DNA of 64,000 nt, from the NCBI RefSeq assembly GCF_009914755.1, contig NC_060937.1; one strand, 5' to 3'. The stretch comes from the human T2T-CHM13v2.0 reference genome, Homo sapiens. The notes under the pieces are model-generated. The model had not been told where the DNA came from. It made no database searches and saw nothing but the letters and a program-made list of their open reading frames with translations. The position numbers were made by a program, and so were the translations under genes. Shown in pieces: positions 19,717 through 34,671 of the stretch. Every line of letters starts with the position of its first letter. Positions within the stretch are counted from its first letter, which is position 1.

Positions 19717-20547
19717 TGTATCTATTATAAAATAGACTCGTTATTCCCATTCCTAAGATTTGGGCTATGTGCGTTTTTCTACTTTATCTCATTCTTCTCC
19801 TGTTGTTGTCATTGGATACAGTTATTGCTGCCGAGGTTATGTCCTGTGACCACTAGGCTTTGTTTGCTGTAAGCCATTTCTTCAGATAGGAGAAAGTTGT
19901 TTATTGGGTCTGGTTTGGTATGTTAGCATATCTGCACAGTTCAGAGCCCACTCCACCCCACTTCTATCATTAATGAAGTGAGAGAAAGGTTAGGAGCTCT
20001 CCATTAAACCCACAGAATGTATTCTAAGGTGGATTCATTTGTTTAGAGGATTTGCAAAATTTGAGGGGGGCTGTGTACTTGGTGGATTGTTTCATGCACT
20101 TTCAGCTAGCCAATAAGAAATTAACCATTTTATCTTGGGAAATGTTTCCCGTGCTTTATTCCAGTAAGAAAAACTGAGAGTTCACTAACTTGGTAGCTAT
20201 TAGGATATTACTCAAATGATCATTATACTAGCATGTCCGGAAGTCAAAAGGAAGAGGTAAAAGATAACTCTTCCATATGAGGCTGACTTACCAATATGTA
20301 CTTTCCTTTCCCTGTGGGAGGGCTAGGCATTTCTGGAGGCTATAAACTCTTCCAGGCTACCAGTGCATCTCAGAACTTTAATTTTTGAAATGGTACCCTA
20401 GAGGTCTTATAATTGAGGCTCTAAGCAGACAATTAATGGTTCCATAACCCACTTTATAAGCATGGTGGTTTCTATTTGAATATCCTGGCTCTAAACTTTC
20501 TCTCTTCTTTCAGACTATAAGGAATGTACTTTAAAAAGCCCGGAGTA

Positions 20548-20869
20548 GGCCGGGCGTGGTGGCTCACACCTGTAATCCCGGCACTTTGGGAGGCCGAGGT
20601 GGGCGGATCGCGATGTCAGGAGATCAAATCCATCCTGGCTAACACGGTGAAACCCTGCCTCTACTAAAAAAAAAAAGAAAATACAAAAAAAAAAAAAAAT
20701 TAGCCGGGCGTGGCGGCGGGCGCCTGTAGTCCCAGCTACTCGGGAGGCTGAGACAGAATGGTGTGAACCCGGGAGGGAGGCGAAGCTTGCAGTGAGCCGA
20801 GATCGTGCCACTGCACTACAGCCTGGGCGACAGAGCGAGACTCCGTCTCAAAAAAAAAAAAAAAAAAAA
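20548..20869 (+). mobile_element. AluY with expanded middle A-rich linker and long pure poly(A) tail
   Basis: Y diagnostics ctggctaacacggtg, ggcggcgggcgcctgtagtccc and agcttgcagtgagccgag; perfect TSD AAAAAGCCCGGAGTA at 20533-20547 and 20870-20884; TT/AAAA site. Confidence 0.95.
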
Positions 20870-21740
20870 AAAAAGCCCGGAGTATATTCACACTCAGACA
20901 AGGACTGGTCAGCTTACTTGCTTTGTGTGGAGCATCCCTGTGAAAGATAAACAGGAAAGTAGGAAAGTGGAAAACAGGAAGTCTAGGAGCAGCTCTGCCG
21001 TTATCTACCTGAAGCTTCGGCCGAATTAATCAGACTTAATAGATCACATCGAGAAGACTGGACTAGAGCCCACCTTCTCTCTCCTTTCTCTCTCCATTTA
21101 TCATTCTTTAATTTGGTGACAGTTTCTTTACTCTTCCTGTTCCACAGCAGAGCTTAGATACCATCAACTCTTCAAATCTTTTAATCAACGAAGATGAAAC
21201 TAACTCCTCCCTTCCCCCAAATCTAGTAAAACACTTGATATTATTACACAACACATTTAAAATAGCTATTTATAGAAAAAGATCTATAGGTCAGCTCACT
21301 ACTTTAATTCCAATGAGCAGCTTCAGTCCATGGAACTTCAGTATTATGGATAATGATATAGCCAGCAAATATCTAAGTGTTATAGACATAGATCGTATTA
21401 TAGATAATTTGTCTTTTTATGTTTTTCTTTTTTAGTTCGCCAATATCGACATGAGTGACATGAGTCAGTAGGGTATAAAAAATTCTCAAAAAATTACTTT
21501 TCCTGTCCTGACATATAGAATGTTTTTCGAGGTAGGTGGAAAGTTATCACTTGTCTCTTTATTGACAGGAGGGAATGAGGAGCAAGATATGAATGTTTTT
21601 CTGTTTAATAAACACATTGATTAGCTTGTCTCTACCAACTACTGTGCTTACCGCTAAGCATATGAAAAAAAAAAAGTCCTCTGTGATTTAAAAGTCTAAG
21701 AGATTTACTAGAGAGTTAAAAAACTTAAGAAATCTAATAT

Positions 21741-22430
21741 TTATTTATTCAACAAATATGCATTGAGTGGCTCCCATGTCCCAGGCACTGTTTTACATGC
21801 TGGGAATATAGCTTCTGGACTTAAACACTTTTATTCTAGTAGAGGGAGAGAAGATTTAATTAAGCAAGTTGTAAAGAACTATAATCTGGCAACAAATATT
21901 ATAAGGAAAACTAAGCAGGGTAAAGGGATAAAGAGTGATGAGAGGTTTATTTTAGGAGGGATAGTCAAGGTTGTATTTTACAAGGGATAGTCCATTGGAA
22001 AACAACTGGGAATAGGCTACTCTGATTTGTTCTTTAAAATTAGGCAGTTATAGAAGGCCTCCCTTTTAGGGGATGTGTGAGCAGGAATTAGGGAAATGGA
22101 AAGCAAGTCACCAACTGTCTGGGAGAAGAAGCTTCCTGACAAAGGGAATACAGAGTGCAAAATCCCTGAGGTGGGACTACACCCAGCATGTTTAAGCAAG
22201 GTGAGGCTGGTGTGGCCAAAGGAAACAGAAAAGGGAAGATACTACAAAATGAAGGCAGAGAAGAAGCAGAGGCTGAAATCATCTTGGGCCACAAAGGCTG
22301 GATTTTATTCTGAGAGAGCTAGAATAACTTTGAAAGTTTTGAGTGAAGGACAGACATGATTTTACTTATGTATTAACAAAAGGTTTACTCAGGCTACTGT
22401 GCTGAGAATATATTGTAGAAAAAGTGTTGA
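21741..22430 (-). mobile_element. L2 LINE 3' portion
   Basis: atttattcaacaaatatgcattgagtggctcccatgtcccaggcactgttttacatgctggg followed by purine-rich L2 body. Confidence 0.75.
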
Positions 22431-23899
22431 GTATTACATGTCCAGCACAGGTGGCAGACGGATGGTGAATTCATTCTGTTCCTAAAGGTAGAGAGGTATT
22501 GTCTTCCTAGGCATCAGTACAGTCGGAGCAGGGCTTTAGAGGAAATGTGGATCTTTTCTAGGGAAAGGGTGGAGGGAAGACATTGCAGGTAGGGGAGAAA
22601 GCTGAGCTAAGAGGAAGTGAGCAGTGGTATACTGTAAAGTGAAAAGACTGGCAGTGGTATGTGTTGAGCCTGGAAAATGTATCTGTATGTCCTTCTGAAG
22701 AATTAGGCTTCATCTTGCTAATGGTTGGAAGCCCCTGAAGACCTGTAAGCAGGGGAGCTTATGGTCGGTCACCTGTTGAGAGGTGACTCCACTGGGAAGA
22801 TGGAGGGTGATTGATGGCAGAGCAAACCTTCAGAGTAGTGAGGGAAGCAGTGGTTCCAGTGACTTGAGCACATACCAGTTGGGGTGAACAGAAGAGGCAA
22901 AATTAATAGGTGCATTTGAGTTAGACTTAAAATCATTTGAGTTATCCTTTAAAACTAAAAGCACATCATGCTACCAAGTTCATTGAAATTGTGCACCTTC
23001 CAATGTAAAGATTTATTGATGGCCATTTTATCAGGCAACAAGTCAGGTGATGACATGTTAAAAGCTGTTTCCAAAATGAATTACATTCTCCATGTAGTAT
23101 AAATATCAAATGAATGTAGTAGTTATGCCTTAATAGTATGAAAGAATTGGGCTGCCTTCCTCTCCAATAACACGTCATGGTTGACATGGATTCAAAGGCT
23201 CATTTGTTGCTGCTCTTCTTGACTCAAAGAAAGGGTACATCTTCATTTAACTCAGCACAGGGTCTGAGAACAAGCCTTGTGAAATCTTAGAACAATATAA
23301 TGAGTAAACCAAATGCCTTCCATTGATAGTCTTAGAATGCCCTTGAAGAGTATTTGCTTATTCATAATGATGATTATTTTCTTAAAGCTTCTGTCTAAAT
23401 GTTAATATCTGTGGACATACCAAAGCAACTTGCCTCAAACATGAGAGCCCTCACCGAGTTCCACAGGCTCTTTGAAGTATGGATTTAACACCATTTGTTC
23501 CATGTGTTTTGAACAGCAAAAGTAGTAAAAGACATGCAGGTGCTTGTCATTGAGAAAAAGAAAACTCTCAAATATTCATGAAGTGCCTGCTATTGCATTT
23601 TAATTTACTTTAGGAAATTGCCTACTTTGTTATTCATTTTTGTTTTGCATAATAGTTAGGACAGCTCTGCTTGGTTTCTGATTCTTAGGCGCCTGTGCAG
23701 ATGCAGATTTCTCAGATACCTAGCACACAGATTTTTCTGTTGAATCATAAATTGAATTTCTTTCATGAGAAGGTAATTTATACTTTAAGGCATATTTTTG
23801 TTAATAAACTGGGTTCTTCTGAATGTTTTTTTCTCTTCAGCACTCCTGAAATTAAACATTATGTCTGTCTCTCTAATATTTTATGCCCTCAAACCAATT

Positions 23900-26610
23900 T
23901 TGGCATAATTTTATGGGTTTTTGTGAAATTTTGTTACATGTAATGTGTAGTGATCAAGGCAGGATATTTAGGATGTCTATCTCTTGAGTACAATACATTT
24001 TTGTTAATATGGTCACCCTAGTCTGCTATCAAACATTGAATTTGTTCCTTCTAACTATATGTTTGTATCCTTCGACCCACTTCTCTTCATCTTCCCTCTC
24101 CCCCAAATCAGCCTTCTCAGTCTCTGTTATCTATCTTTCCACTCTCTACCTCCATGTGATCAACATTTTTAGTTCCCACCTATAAGTGAGAGCATGCAAT
24201 ATTTGTCTTTTTTGTGCCTGGCTTATTCACTTAAGTTAATGACCTTAAGTTCCATCCATGTTGCTGCAAATGACGTGATTTTATACTTTTTAATTGCTGA
24301 AGAGTATTCCATTGTGTATATATACCACATTTTCTTCATTCATCTGTTAATAGACAGTTTGATTCCTTATCTTTGCTATTGTGAATAGTGCTGCAAGAAA
24401 CATGCAAATGCAGGTATCCTTTGATGTTTTGGTTTCATTTCCTTTGAGTATATACCCAGTAGTGGGATTCCTGGATTGAATGGTAATTGTGTTTGTCGTT
24501 TTTTGAATAATCTCCACACTGTTTTCTACTAGCGTGTTACCACTAACAGCGTATAAGCTTTTTCTTTTCTCTACATCCTCACCAACATGTTATTTTGTCT
24601 TTCTAAGACTAGCTATTCTGTCCGGGGTAAGATGATATCTCATTGTGGTTTTGGTTTCCATTTCACTGATCATAAGTGATGTTGAGCAGTTTTTTTGTAT
24701 ACCTCTTGGCCATTTGTATGTTTTCTTTTGAGAAATATATATATATATATATGTGTATATATATATGTATATATATATGTGTATATATATATGTGTATAT
24801 ATATGTGTATATATATATGTATATATATATGTGTATATATATGTGTATATATATGTATATATATGTGTATATATATGTGTATATATATATGTGTGTATAT
24901 ATATGTGTATATATATATATATTCATGTCTTTTGGCCATTTTTTAATGAGATTATTTGTTTTTTTTCCTGTTGAGTTTTTTGAGTTCCTTGAATATTCTG
25001 GATGTTAGTCCCCTGTCGGATGAATAGTTTGCAAATATTTTCCCCCATTCAACAGGTTGTCTCTTTACTCTGTTTATTATTTCTTTTGCTGTGCAGAAGC
25101 ATTTTAAAAATTAAGTCCCTTTTGTCTCCTAGATTTTATTGTCTGATCTTTTAAGGTCTTAGTCATAAGTTCTTTGTCTAGAACAATATACAGGAGGGGT
25201 TTCCTTAGGTTTTCTACTAGTATTTTTATAGTTTCAGGTCTTATATTTAAGTCTTTATTTTGAGCTGATTTTTGTACAGTGAGAAATAGAGGTCTAGTTT
25301 CATTCTTCTGTGTATGGATATTCAATTTTCCCATTTGTTGAAGGTGGTGTCCTTTCCCCAATATAAATTTTTTTTGGCTTTGTCAAAGATTAGTTGGCTC
25401 TAAATATGTGGCTTTATTTCTGGGTTCTCTATTATGTTTCATTGGTCTGTGTATCTACTTTTTTCCAATACTGTGGTGTCTTGGCTACTTTAGCCTTGTA
25501 ATAATTTTTGAAGTGATGTAATGGAATACTTCCAGCTTTGTTCTTTTTGCTAAGGATTGCTTTGGCTATTTGGAGTCTGGTTCCATATGAATTTTAGGAT
25601 CGTTTTTTCTAATTCTATGAAGAATGACATTGTTATTTTGATAGAGATTGCATTGAATCTGTAGATTGCTTTGGGCAATATGGTCATTTTAATGATATTG
25701 ATTCTTCCCATCCATGAGCATGGGATATTTTGCCATTTGTTTGTGTTTTTTCAATTTCTTTCACCCAAGTTTTGTAGTTTGCCTTGTATAGATCTTTCCC
25801 CTTTTGTTTAATGTATTCCAAGGCTTTGGGGTTTTTTTGTTTGTTTGTTTTTGTAGCTATTTTAAATGGGATTGCCTGCTTGATTTCTTTGTTGACTAGA
25901 TCATTATTGGTGTATAGAAATGCTACAAATTTTTGTACATTGCTTTTGTATTCTACAACTTTACTGAATTCATTTATCAAATCTAAGAGATATTTTGGTG
26001 GAATCTTCAGGCTTTCCTAAATATGAGGTCATATCATCAGCAAAAATGGACAATTTGACCTCTCCTTTTCCAATTTGGATGCATTTTATTTCTTTCTGAT
26101 TGCTCTGGCTAAGACTTCCAGGGCTATACTGAATAAAAGTAGTGAAAGTGAGCATCCTTGACTTGTTCCAGTTCTGACAGGAAAGGATTTGAACTTTTCC
26201 CCATTTAGTATGCTGTTAGTTGTGTGTTTGTCATATATGGCCTTTGTTATATTGAGGTGTGTTCTGTCTATGCTTAGTTTGTTTTTAATCCTAAAGGGAT
26301 ATTGAATTATATAAAATGTTTTTTGTGTGTCAGTTGAAATCGTTTTTCCTTTCATTCTATTGACATGATGTATCAGCTTAATTGATTTGTGTATCTTGAA
26401 TCATCCTTGCAGTCCTGCTATAAATCCTACTTGATCATGGTGTATCATCTTCTTGATTTGCTGTTGGATTCAGTTTGCTTGTATTTTATGGAGGATTTTT
26501 ACATCTATGTTCATTAGGGATATTGGCAAGTAGTTTTCTTTTTTTGTTGTGTCATCTGATATTGGTTATCAGGGTGATGCTGGCCTCATTAAATGAGTTG
26601 GGAAAAATTT
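23900..26610 (-). mobile_element. Old 5'-truncated L1 (L1PB/L1MA age), degenerate ORF2 3' half plus 3'UTR
   Basis: Degenerate ORF2 peptides (EVKLSIFADD; [11 protein letters not shown]...[17 protein letters not shown]) with many stops and frameshifts. Confidence 0.9.
24735..24922. repeat. (TA)/(TG) compound microsatellite, ~190 bp, inside the old L1
   Basis: Repeating atatatatgtgt units; source of the spurious YI/IH ORFs. Confidence 0.95.
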
Positions 26611-27788
26611 GGTTAGGAGAAGGAAGAAGATACTAGTTATTTGTGAGGTTATGTGGTAACTGCAAGTGGGTTGATTTTAGGATAAAAATTTGTAGCTAAA
26701 TGGTAGGTTGTTTCAAAAATTGGCATTATCTAGATATTAAACAATAATATGCTAAAAGGATTTTCTATACACAAAAGCAGATAACTATAATATCAGAGAT
26801 ATTATAGAACTGAGAATGATAAAACTACTTTTTCTAAAGTATATATGAAAATCAGATTTAAAAAGGCTACTACAGTGCAAGGTGTCCATTTAACTTGAGT
26901 AAATTAGCTATGCTAGATATTCATGGCTGATCTGTATCATATGCTAGGAGGACTTGACTTTGTTAGCTATTGTCCTTGAAAAACTGAGCCATTGCTGTAA
27001 ACTGGATTAAAAACTTGAGTCCCTGGAATTAATCTTTGCTTTTCACTGGTTCTCTCTCCAGTGTAGCTTCTGTTGGGAATCAAGCGGGAGAAAGATGAAC
27101 ACTTTGTGTAGTAGTTTCCACCTTTTTTATTACAGCTCAGGCTTTAAATCTACATTTTACTCTCATCAATAGAATCATTCTTACCACCTCACCTCAGTCC
27201 CCGGATGCCCCTGGGATGATAAACCAATGACAGTTACAATTGACCTTTTGTTTTCTTTTCATTTTCTGCCTTCTTTCAATTGTGTAATTGTAAAATACAT
27301 GTGTTCAACATAAACCTAGCCAAATCAAATTGGTGATCTTTGCCCTGAAAATTCATTGTAATTTTACTATTGTCACCTTATATTGTTTGACTATGATTCT
27401 AGGTTTTACCTTTGTGTCTGGTAATTAGTAAATGTTGGTATTCTCAAAGTGAATCTTATCATGTTCTTCTGCCTTGTGGTGTTCATTATAATGCACCAGA
27501 GATATTCTAAAATAAAAGCCTGGATTTGGGATTTAGGCAATTACTCAATAACTCCTCCTGCCCTTTTGCAGTCTCTTGGTAGTCACTCAAAGGACACAGC
27601 TATTGCACGATTGCACGATTTCTGTGATGCCAGACTTGTCTGACTAAACCTCTACTTTATGCAGACTGAATATTTTTATAGCCCTTCATTAAAGTCCTTG
27701 GGTTGTAAGTGCTGAGAATCAGCCTCTCTGATGATTTTCCCAAACACCAGTGGCATGAAATCCCATGAACGAATCCTTTGCTGAATGA

Positions 27789-28089
<301 letters not shown>

Positions 28090-28499
28090 ACATTCATCTT
28101 TTCACTAGTAACCAGAAAGACTTGGATTATTTGAGAAGTTGGTTGGCTGAACAGACGTCTGTGTGGCAGGAGGGAAGCCATAGGTGCTCTGTTGGTTTAG
28201 AGAGCCTTAGTGCACTCAATCCCAGAATACAAGAAGAGTCAACTGTTAGCAGTTTTGCGGTCTATTTTACCTTTTCTCATAATATTCTCTCAAGGGAAAA
28301 TAAGACTCACAACCACTCAATAACATTAAGGAACAAGAATAAATATGGACTCCAAAAATGTTAGGGCAAAACTCTACATGGGGCCAGAAGCTCCTTGGAA
28401 CAGATAACTTTGAGGCTGTATTGTAAATACACAGTGAGTATAATTTATCTTTTCAGAGCATCTCACATCCTTGGTAGGCATATGCAATGGTCATTGGAA

Positions 28500-28835
28500 C
28501 TACTCCCACATATACAGATTCTCCTGCGTATGGGCACATGTTAGAATTTTATTTCACTATTCCCTTTTAAGTTAGGTATGGCTACATGATTTATTTTTCT
28601 ATGAAATGTGAGTAGAAATGAACTGTCTCGTTTCCAGATGGAGGCTTTAAAAGTCAGACTGGGATTTGTTCAGAGAAGGGAATGAGTTAGCCTGAATTAT
28701 TGAGTGTTCATGAGGGACAGAATCTCCTACCAACCTGTATTGGACGTAGAGTCGTCGTGAGGAAAAAAACAAACAAACAAAACAAACAAACAAAAACACA
28801 TTTGGCATTGCTTGTTATATGAAAATTACATAACT
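28500..28835 (+). mobile_element. Old MLT1 (MaLR) LTR fragment
   Basis: ttaagttaggtatggctacatgatt...atgaaatgtgagtagaaatga...tttccagatggaggctttaaaagtcag. Confidence 0.6.
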
Positions 28836-28838
28836 CAT

Positions 28839-29255
28839 TGCTATGGGCTGAATATTTGTGTGTCTCCCAAAATTCATGCATTGAAGCTCGCATCCCCAGT
28901 GTGATGGCATTTAGAGAGGGGGCCTTTGTGGGGTAACCAGGTGATGAGGGTGGAGGCTCATGGTAGTATCTGTGTGCCCCTACAAGAAAACAGAGAGCTT
29001 GTCTCCTTTCTCTCTTGCTATCTCCACTGCCTGTCTTTGCTCTCACTCTCGCTTTTGTCCTCTCTCTGCCATGTGAGTGAGTATACGGTAAGAAGATGGT
29101 CATCTTTAAATCAGGCGAAGGGTCCTCACTAGATGCCAAATCTGCTGGCACCTGGGTCTTGGAGTTTTCAGCCTCCAGAACTTTAAGACACACATTTCAG
29201 TTATTTAAGCCACCCAGCCTATGATCTTCTTGTTACAGCAGCCTGAACTAAGACA
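28839..29255 (+). mobile_element. MLT1A-type MaLR solo LTR
   Basis: tgctatgggctgaatatttgtgtgtctcccaaaattcatg...aaatctgctggcacc...cagcctccagaact...gcagcctgaactaagaca. Confidence 0.88.
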
Positions 29256-29384
29256 TTAATCTGGACTGTTACCATTTATTTGTTTTTATAGCTCTTTTAA
29301 ATTGCATGAAGTAATGCATGCTATGTAGGGATAATCAAATATGTTTTTATAATACATTTAATAGATGTCTATTCAGCAATTTCT

Positions 29385-29610
29385 TTTGGAGATGGATTGG
29401 AGCTTGGATTTTGCCTCCACCAATTACTAACTTCAGAAACTTGGGCAAATTATTTAAATTTTGTGAGCCTTATGTTTCTTCAATTGCAAATGATGGCAAT
29501 ACCACTTACCTCATAGGTTTGTCCTGAAAATGAAATGATTAATTGTATGTAAGTCACCCAGTAAAATTCCAAAGGCAAAATAAATACTGAAAATATGTTC
29601 ATTCTTACTA
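29385..29610 (+). mobile_element. MIR SINE
   Basis: acttgggcaaattatttaaattttgtgagccttatgtttcttcaattgcaaatg...acctcatagg. Confidence 0.7.
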
Positions 29611-32600
29611 GTCTGTCTTTTAAATACTGACTAGTGACGTATCATGTTAAATAAATGCTCTTGCTCTCAAGTATCTTGTAGTAGAGTATTTAGACACACA
29701 ATTAACCATAAATAAAATACAAAGTGAAACTCACTATTAAGGATCCACAAATGAAGTACTTGAAATCTCAGAAAAAGTCATATCTATAGAAAAATTCTAT
29801 AGAAATTTTGAGCTCTAGGCACACACGCAGAAAGCCAAGAAAAATAGTAAATATCTAGCAAAACTCACATAGTGGCTTATGTAAGTCATTTCCTAAAAAA
29901 TTCCCAAGGTATTTTTTTAACTTGTTTTATCAAAATCCATTTAGAGATCAACAGCTTTTCTTGCAACATTGGTGAAAGCTCTTTCAGAACTCTGTTACTG
30001 TAGAAGCTTGCCATGTGAAAAATTCATTAGCAGCAAGTTTGAAATCTTAAAAGCCAGTGTGTGTTTTAGAGGAGTAGCTAGCCCATCAGTAAAAAGAGTA
30101 GAGTAAAAGGTTCACATCAAAAGAGAAATCTTCACAGCACCGATGTTATCAACTCTCTCCAGATGTGCAGTTTCCTATGTTGCACTCACTTTTTCATGTG
30201 TCATTAGCAACCTTATATCTTAACATGGAATGCTTGAATGGAGTCCTTATTAATGAAGTCGCCAAGCCCAATCTATTCATCAAATATGGTCTTGGGGTTA
30301 GAACATTCTGGAATATGCAGGGAAGAATGCCCAGAATTGTGGACCTCCCCTACTGCCAATTTACCAGGAGAGTTTTGCCAGGAAGTGGGGCACAGGTACA
30401 ATTGGAAACAAGCTGTGAATACATTTTTCAAGAGACAGGCATAGGTTTTCAACACCAGTAAAAGATTTCTGAACAAAAGCAAAAATCAATGTAAGTTAAG
30501 TTTTAATGGGAAATAAAAAAAATAATTACTTATAAAAGTAGGAAAAGAAGAAACCTTTCAAGATAGAACAACATGGGATATCCTATCTATGCACAAAGCA
30601 AAACAAAACCAAAAAGGTATTTATTTTGCATTTTTATATTATGCTCTGTGAGCAACAGGTGTATAAGAACATATATGTGGGATGAAGGAAATTGGTAGCT
30701 TAGCTGCCTGTGGGCTCCTCTGAATTTTTAAACTATAAAATCACCTCCAGCTTTTGAATTGGGTGGATATGCAGTTAGCTAGGTTTTGCAGCAGTCTCTT
30801 TGAATTAGAAAGATCATTACCATCAGTAGCTTGGTCAGGACTGTATGTGGTGGGGCCAAAGCTAACCAATAGTACAAAGAGACTTTGAATACATGTTCTA
30901 TGCCAGGCATTATGTAGCTCTCTCTTGCTAGAAAAGCAAGATGTGGATTTTAAGGGAAAATTATTTTGAACTCACTTGTTATTTTTAGATGCATTCATAG
31001 ACAGAGAGAATTACTGTGTACTATTGTCACCAAACGTTAAAGAGAAATATGAGGTTTAATAAGGCAACAAGAATCACCTGATACTTTTCCTCTTGTACCT
31101 TGTGTCTCAGAAACACCTTTCATCACAGGAATGATGGAGTATCTAAGGAAGATGTACTTAGGAAGAACAAATGTAAGATAATATGATTTCTTGCCTCATA
31201 TTTAATTTCCATGGCCCTTTGGGGATAATGTGTTTTCAAGGCCAAGTCTCCTTTTCAGGCAACCAGATAATAAGAAGTGCTACATTTTCATATGCTAACT
31301 TGGAAAAATTATTCATTTTTAAAATTTAATTGCTTTAATTCTTGAAGTTCATGGCTGTAATTTTCAGATGATGTGAATCACTCAGTGGAGGTTTTGTTTG
31401 TTATTTGTTTGAAATTAGATTCTTTTTCCATTCGCCATAATTAATTCATTCACATTTGGTGCTCTTTGCATTTTTATGTTCTTTATGCTTTATTTGGGAA
31501 GTTAATTTGGAGAGAAATTAACTCCAACTAGACTTCAGTGGCTGTTGTAATTTTTTTAGTCAAATCTGCCCAGAACATCACTTAAAAATGACCATTTCAT
31601 AGGTTTGTTTCAAGCATCAGTATATTGTGGGTATTAACCTATCTTGGCATGTACTACAGCAAGAGCTCTTAATAACTCCAGTGAGGGAATACAAATCTTT
31701 CTTTGGGTAGAGTGACAAGGAGTGCCATGAAATTGCCTTCATATTAGATAAGGTTCACATTTAAAAAGCACATAAGTCAGCAATTTTAATCTATTCAATG
31801 CTTAAAATCAGTGGCTATTTTTCCTTTTCAGCAAATCTCTCTTCTAATTTTAGTTATAGTAAAATTCAGGGAAGAAATTGCTTGTTAATATTATTATTAT
31901 TATTATTTTTAGGGGTATATGTAGTAAAACTGTAAGATGATACTTACATCCAGGTAGTAGCTTCTTGGAGTTTTGAATGTCAAATTTATTCATTTATCAA
32001 ACAGTTTTTCAGTTTTGTTTGGGATACAAAGTTGATTCTTTTAAAGGAGCCTCAGAGCACAGGAGCTCACAGAATCCTGAATTTTATGTCTATGGAAGAG
32101 AAAATGGTGGTTAAATGCTACTTCCTCTCTGAAAACTTATCTAGACAGAGTGTTGATCATTATCTATGTCCTGTTTTGGAGACTTCCCGGCTCCCTTAAT
32201 TATTTTCTTTATGTGGATACATTCAAATGTAAACCTATAAGTGTGCCTCTTTTTCTGAGCACAGATGGGCCGTAATCTAGTTCCGTCAACTCTTCTTGCT
32301 TCTCCACTTTTCCAATCTGTTAGTCACACCTCTATTAGACACCTGGAGGCAAACCCTACTACCGTCTTTGACACCTCTCTCATCCTTAGCTTCACTTCTT
32401 GAAAACAGAGCCTTTGACATCCTAATTCATATTCTGATATTTAAAATATGTATAAATTGAACATTTCATTAGGGAAATCAAAGTTCCTTAACTGTTATCT
32501 TAGTAAACGTCAAGTTTTCTCATAGTGAGCTACAAAATAATGCCAGCAGAGGGAAGATAACACTTGCTTTGGGACTCTCTTGGGCCAGTAGTTAAGCCTC

Positions 32601-32805
32601 TGTGAGCCTTTGTTTTCTTCTCTGCAAATGGTAAATGCAATAGGGCCTTTCTCAAAGAATTACTGTAATTCTTAAATATGATTAAGATTTAAAAGCACTT
32701 TGTTTCCCAAGTAGCAATATAAATTGTGTTTATTATGCAGGACTGTGTTGATAGTTAACAAAGTGTTAGACATCAGTATAAAAGAACAGGATTTCTAGGC
32801 TAAAC

Positions 32806-33078
32806 CAGGGATTAGCAAACTAAGGTCAGTAGGCCGTACCTAGTTTGCACACAGTATTAGTAAATAAGGTTTTATTGGAACATAGCCACACTAATTCATT
32901 TATGTATTGTGTATGGCTGCTGTCATTTCAGCTACACAGGCAGAGTTGAGTAGTTGTAATAGAGATCTTATGTACCGCAAAGACTGAAATAGTTAAAAAT
33001 ATTAAAAGCCTAAAGTATTTTTCTAAAATTTAAAGCTTAAACTATCTGGCCTTTTGCAGAAAAGTTTGCTTACTTCTG
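32806..33078 (+). mobile_element. MER58A (hAT-Charlie MITE)
   Basis: cagggattagcaaact...gtaaataaggttttattggaacatagccacac...actatctggccttttgcagaaaagtttgc. Confidence 0.85.
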
Positions 33079-34671
33079 CCTAAGGCACCTACCAAAACTG
33101 GTGTAACTTTTCTGTATTCTTCTACATTCAAACTGACCATCCTCCAATTTATAGAATAGGTTTTAGAATTTTATCTCATTTAACATTTATTAGTTTAATG
33201 AACTTTAAACAAATTATAGAAGATGTTACATATGCAAACATGCACATCTGTGTGTTTCTGTTACACACACATACACACACATTCTTCCGTAAAAGTGGGG
33301 CAATTTCCACACATTAGCAATGTACAAAAAGCTTAAACTACATTTTCCTAGTCCAAGGCCAGGATAGAAACACTAAACAAAATCTGATCTTCAACCTGAA
33401 AATCACTTTCTGCATAATAATGTCTGAGTTGATGAAGGGAAAAAATAAAAGGGATACACTTTAATTTGCACTTGAGTAGATTATTTTTTTCTGATGTGAT
33501 TATGACAGTTAAAATAAAACACTCACCAAAGTACATCTTAGCATCACAGTCAATGTTTGAGTTTGATTGCATTCCAGTCTGCTGGGTTCTGGGAGGCGGA
33601 TGACACTCCCCTCTTAGAGAAACAGGTAACCATTCAATAGAGCCTAAATAGATGATGCTCTTTCATGCCTGGCTCAGACTGTAATTAAAAGAAAAATCTA
33701 AAAGTTATATTTCTAAGTTACTCTATATTCTTTGACTCTGTATTCTTTGTGAAACAGAAAATGTGAAAATTCAACGTCTTTAAAAGAATGCTTTGCTATG
33801 GTTTTTTATAAAAACTGAAACGAATTTTGTCATCAGCTAAGAATTGTATTAAATTGAATTTTGTAATGAAACAGTGTAACTATTCTCTGCAAGACTTATT
33901 TGACATCTTAATTTTCTTGCCTATTCTAACATAGAAAGTGTCAGCTGTTCATTCATCATAGATTTTACTAAACTTCAGCATATAAACTTGTGATGAATGA
34001 TTAAGACACATTAGGCCAACTGGGTTGGCTCTAGTTTTCATTTTCAAGAACCTTAAAAAGCTTTGATTTGCAGCTGTTAGAAGCAAGTTAAAATATTATC
34101 AGAATACCACCAACTTGGAAAGTGCAGCTGATATATTACTGGTGACTGTGCGAAATTATAGCATTGTCCAATCCAGGTACCAGATGGTCCATCTTCCTTG
34201 ATTTGAGGAGCATTGGTTGACTACAAATTTTACTTGCTGCCCTAGGCTTGTTATTGACCATTAGCATGTGAGTTACAGATTCCTTAAATTCTTTGCCAGG
34301 TGACAAATTGACCTATTAACAAGTCACTTTCTCAAAAAAATGCATTAATGTTTTTCAATCAAAGGACCAGTTGCAAATGAGCAACATTTTAATAAGTATT
34401 AGTTTTGCTTTAAAGGAATCTGTAAGTATCCTCACAAGCCAAGTTGCTGAAATAGACTTTTAAAAAAAAAACACTTGAAGATTTTTAAGAGTGTTGGAAA
34501 ATTTTGAAACAAGTCTTTTAAAAATATAATTAACATGTAAAGATTCTCTGTGTTTTAATTCTTTAATAGCATGTTCTTTTGGTGATTTTCTGTGAATAGC
34601 ATTTATGGAGTATACATAAAGTAGAAAACATAATAAATTTGGACTGTTTTTCATAGTAGATAACTTACATG

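Noticed and set aside
24663-25008. Overlapping Y/I/H/V-rich ORFs on both strands (also 36877-37422)
   Set aside because: Translations of TA/TG microsatellites, which happen to lack stop codons.
28708-29193. 161-aa minus-strand ORF
   Set aside because: Lies antisense across the MLT1A LTR and adjacent MLT1 fragment, with no recognisable domain.
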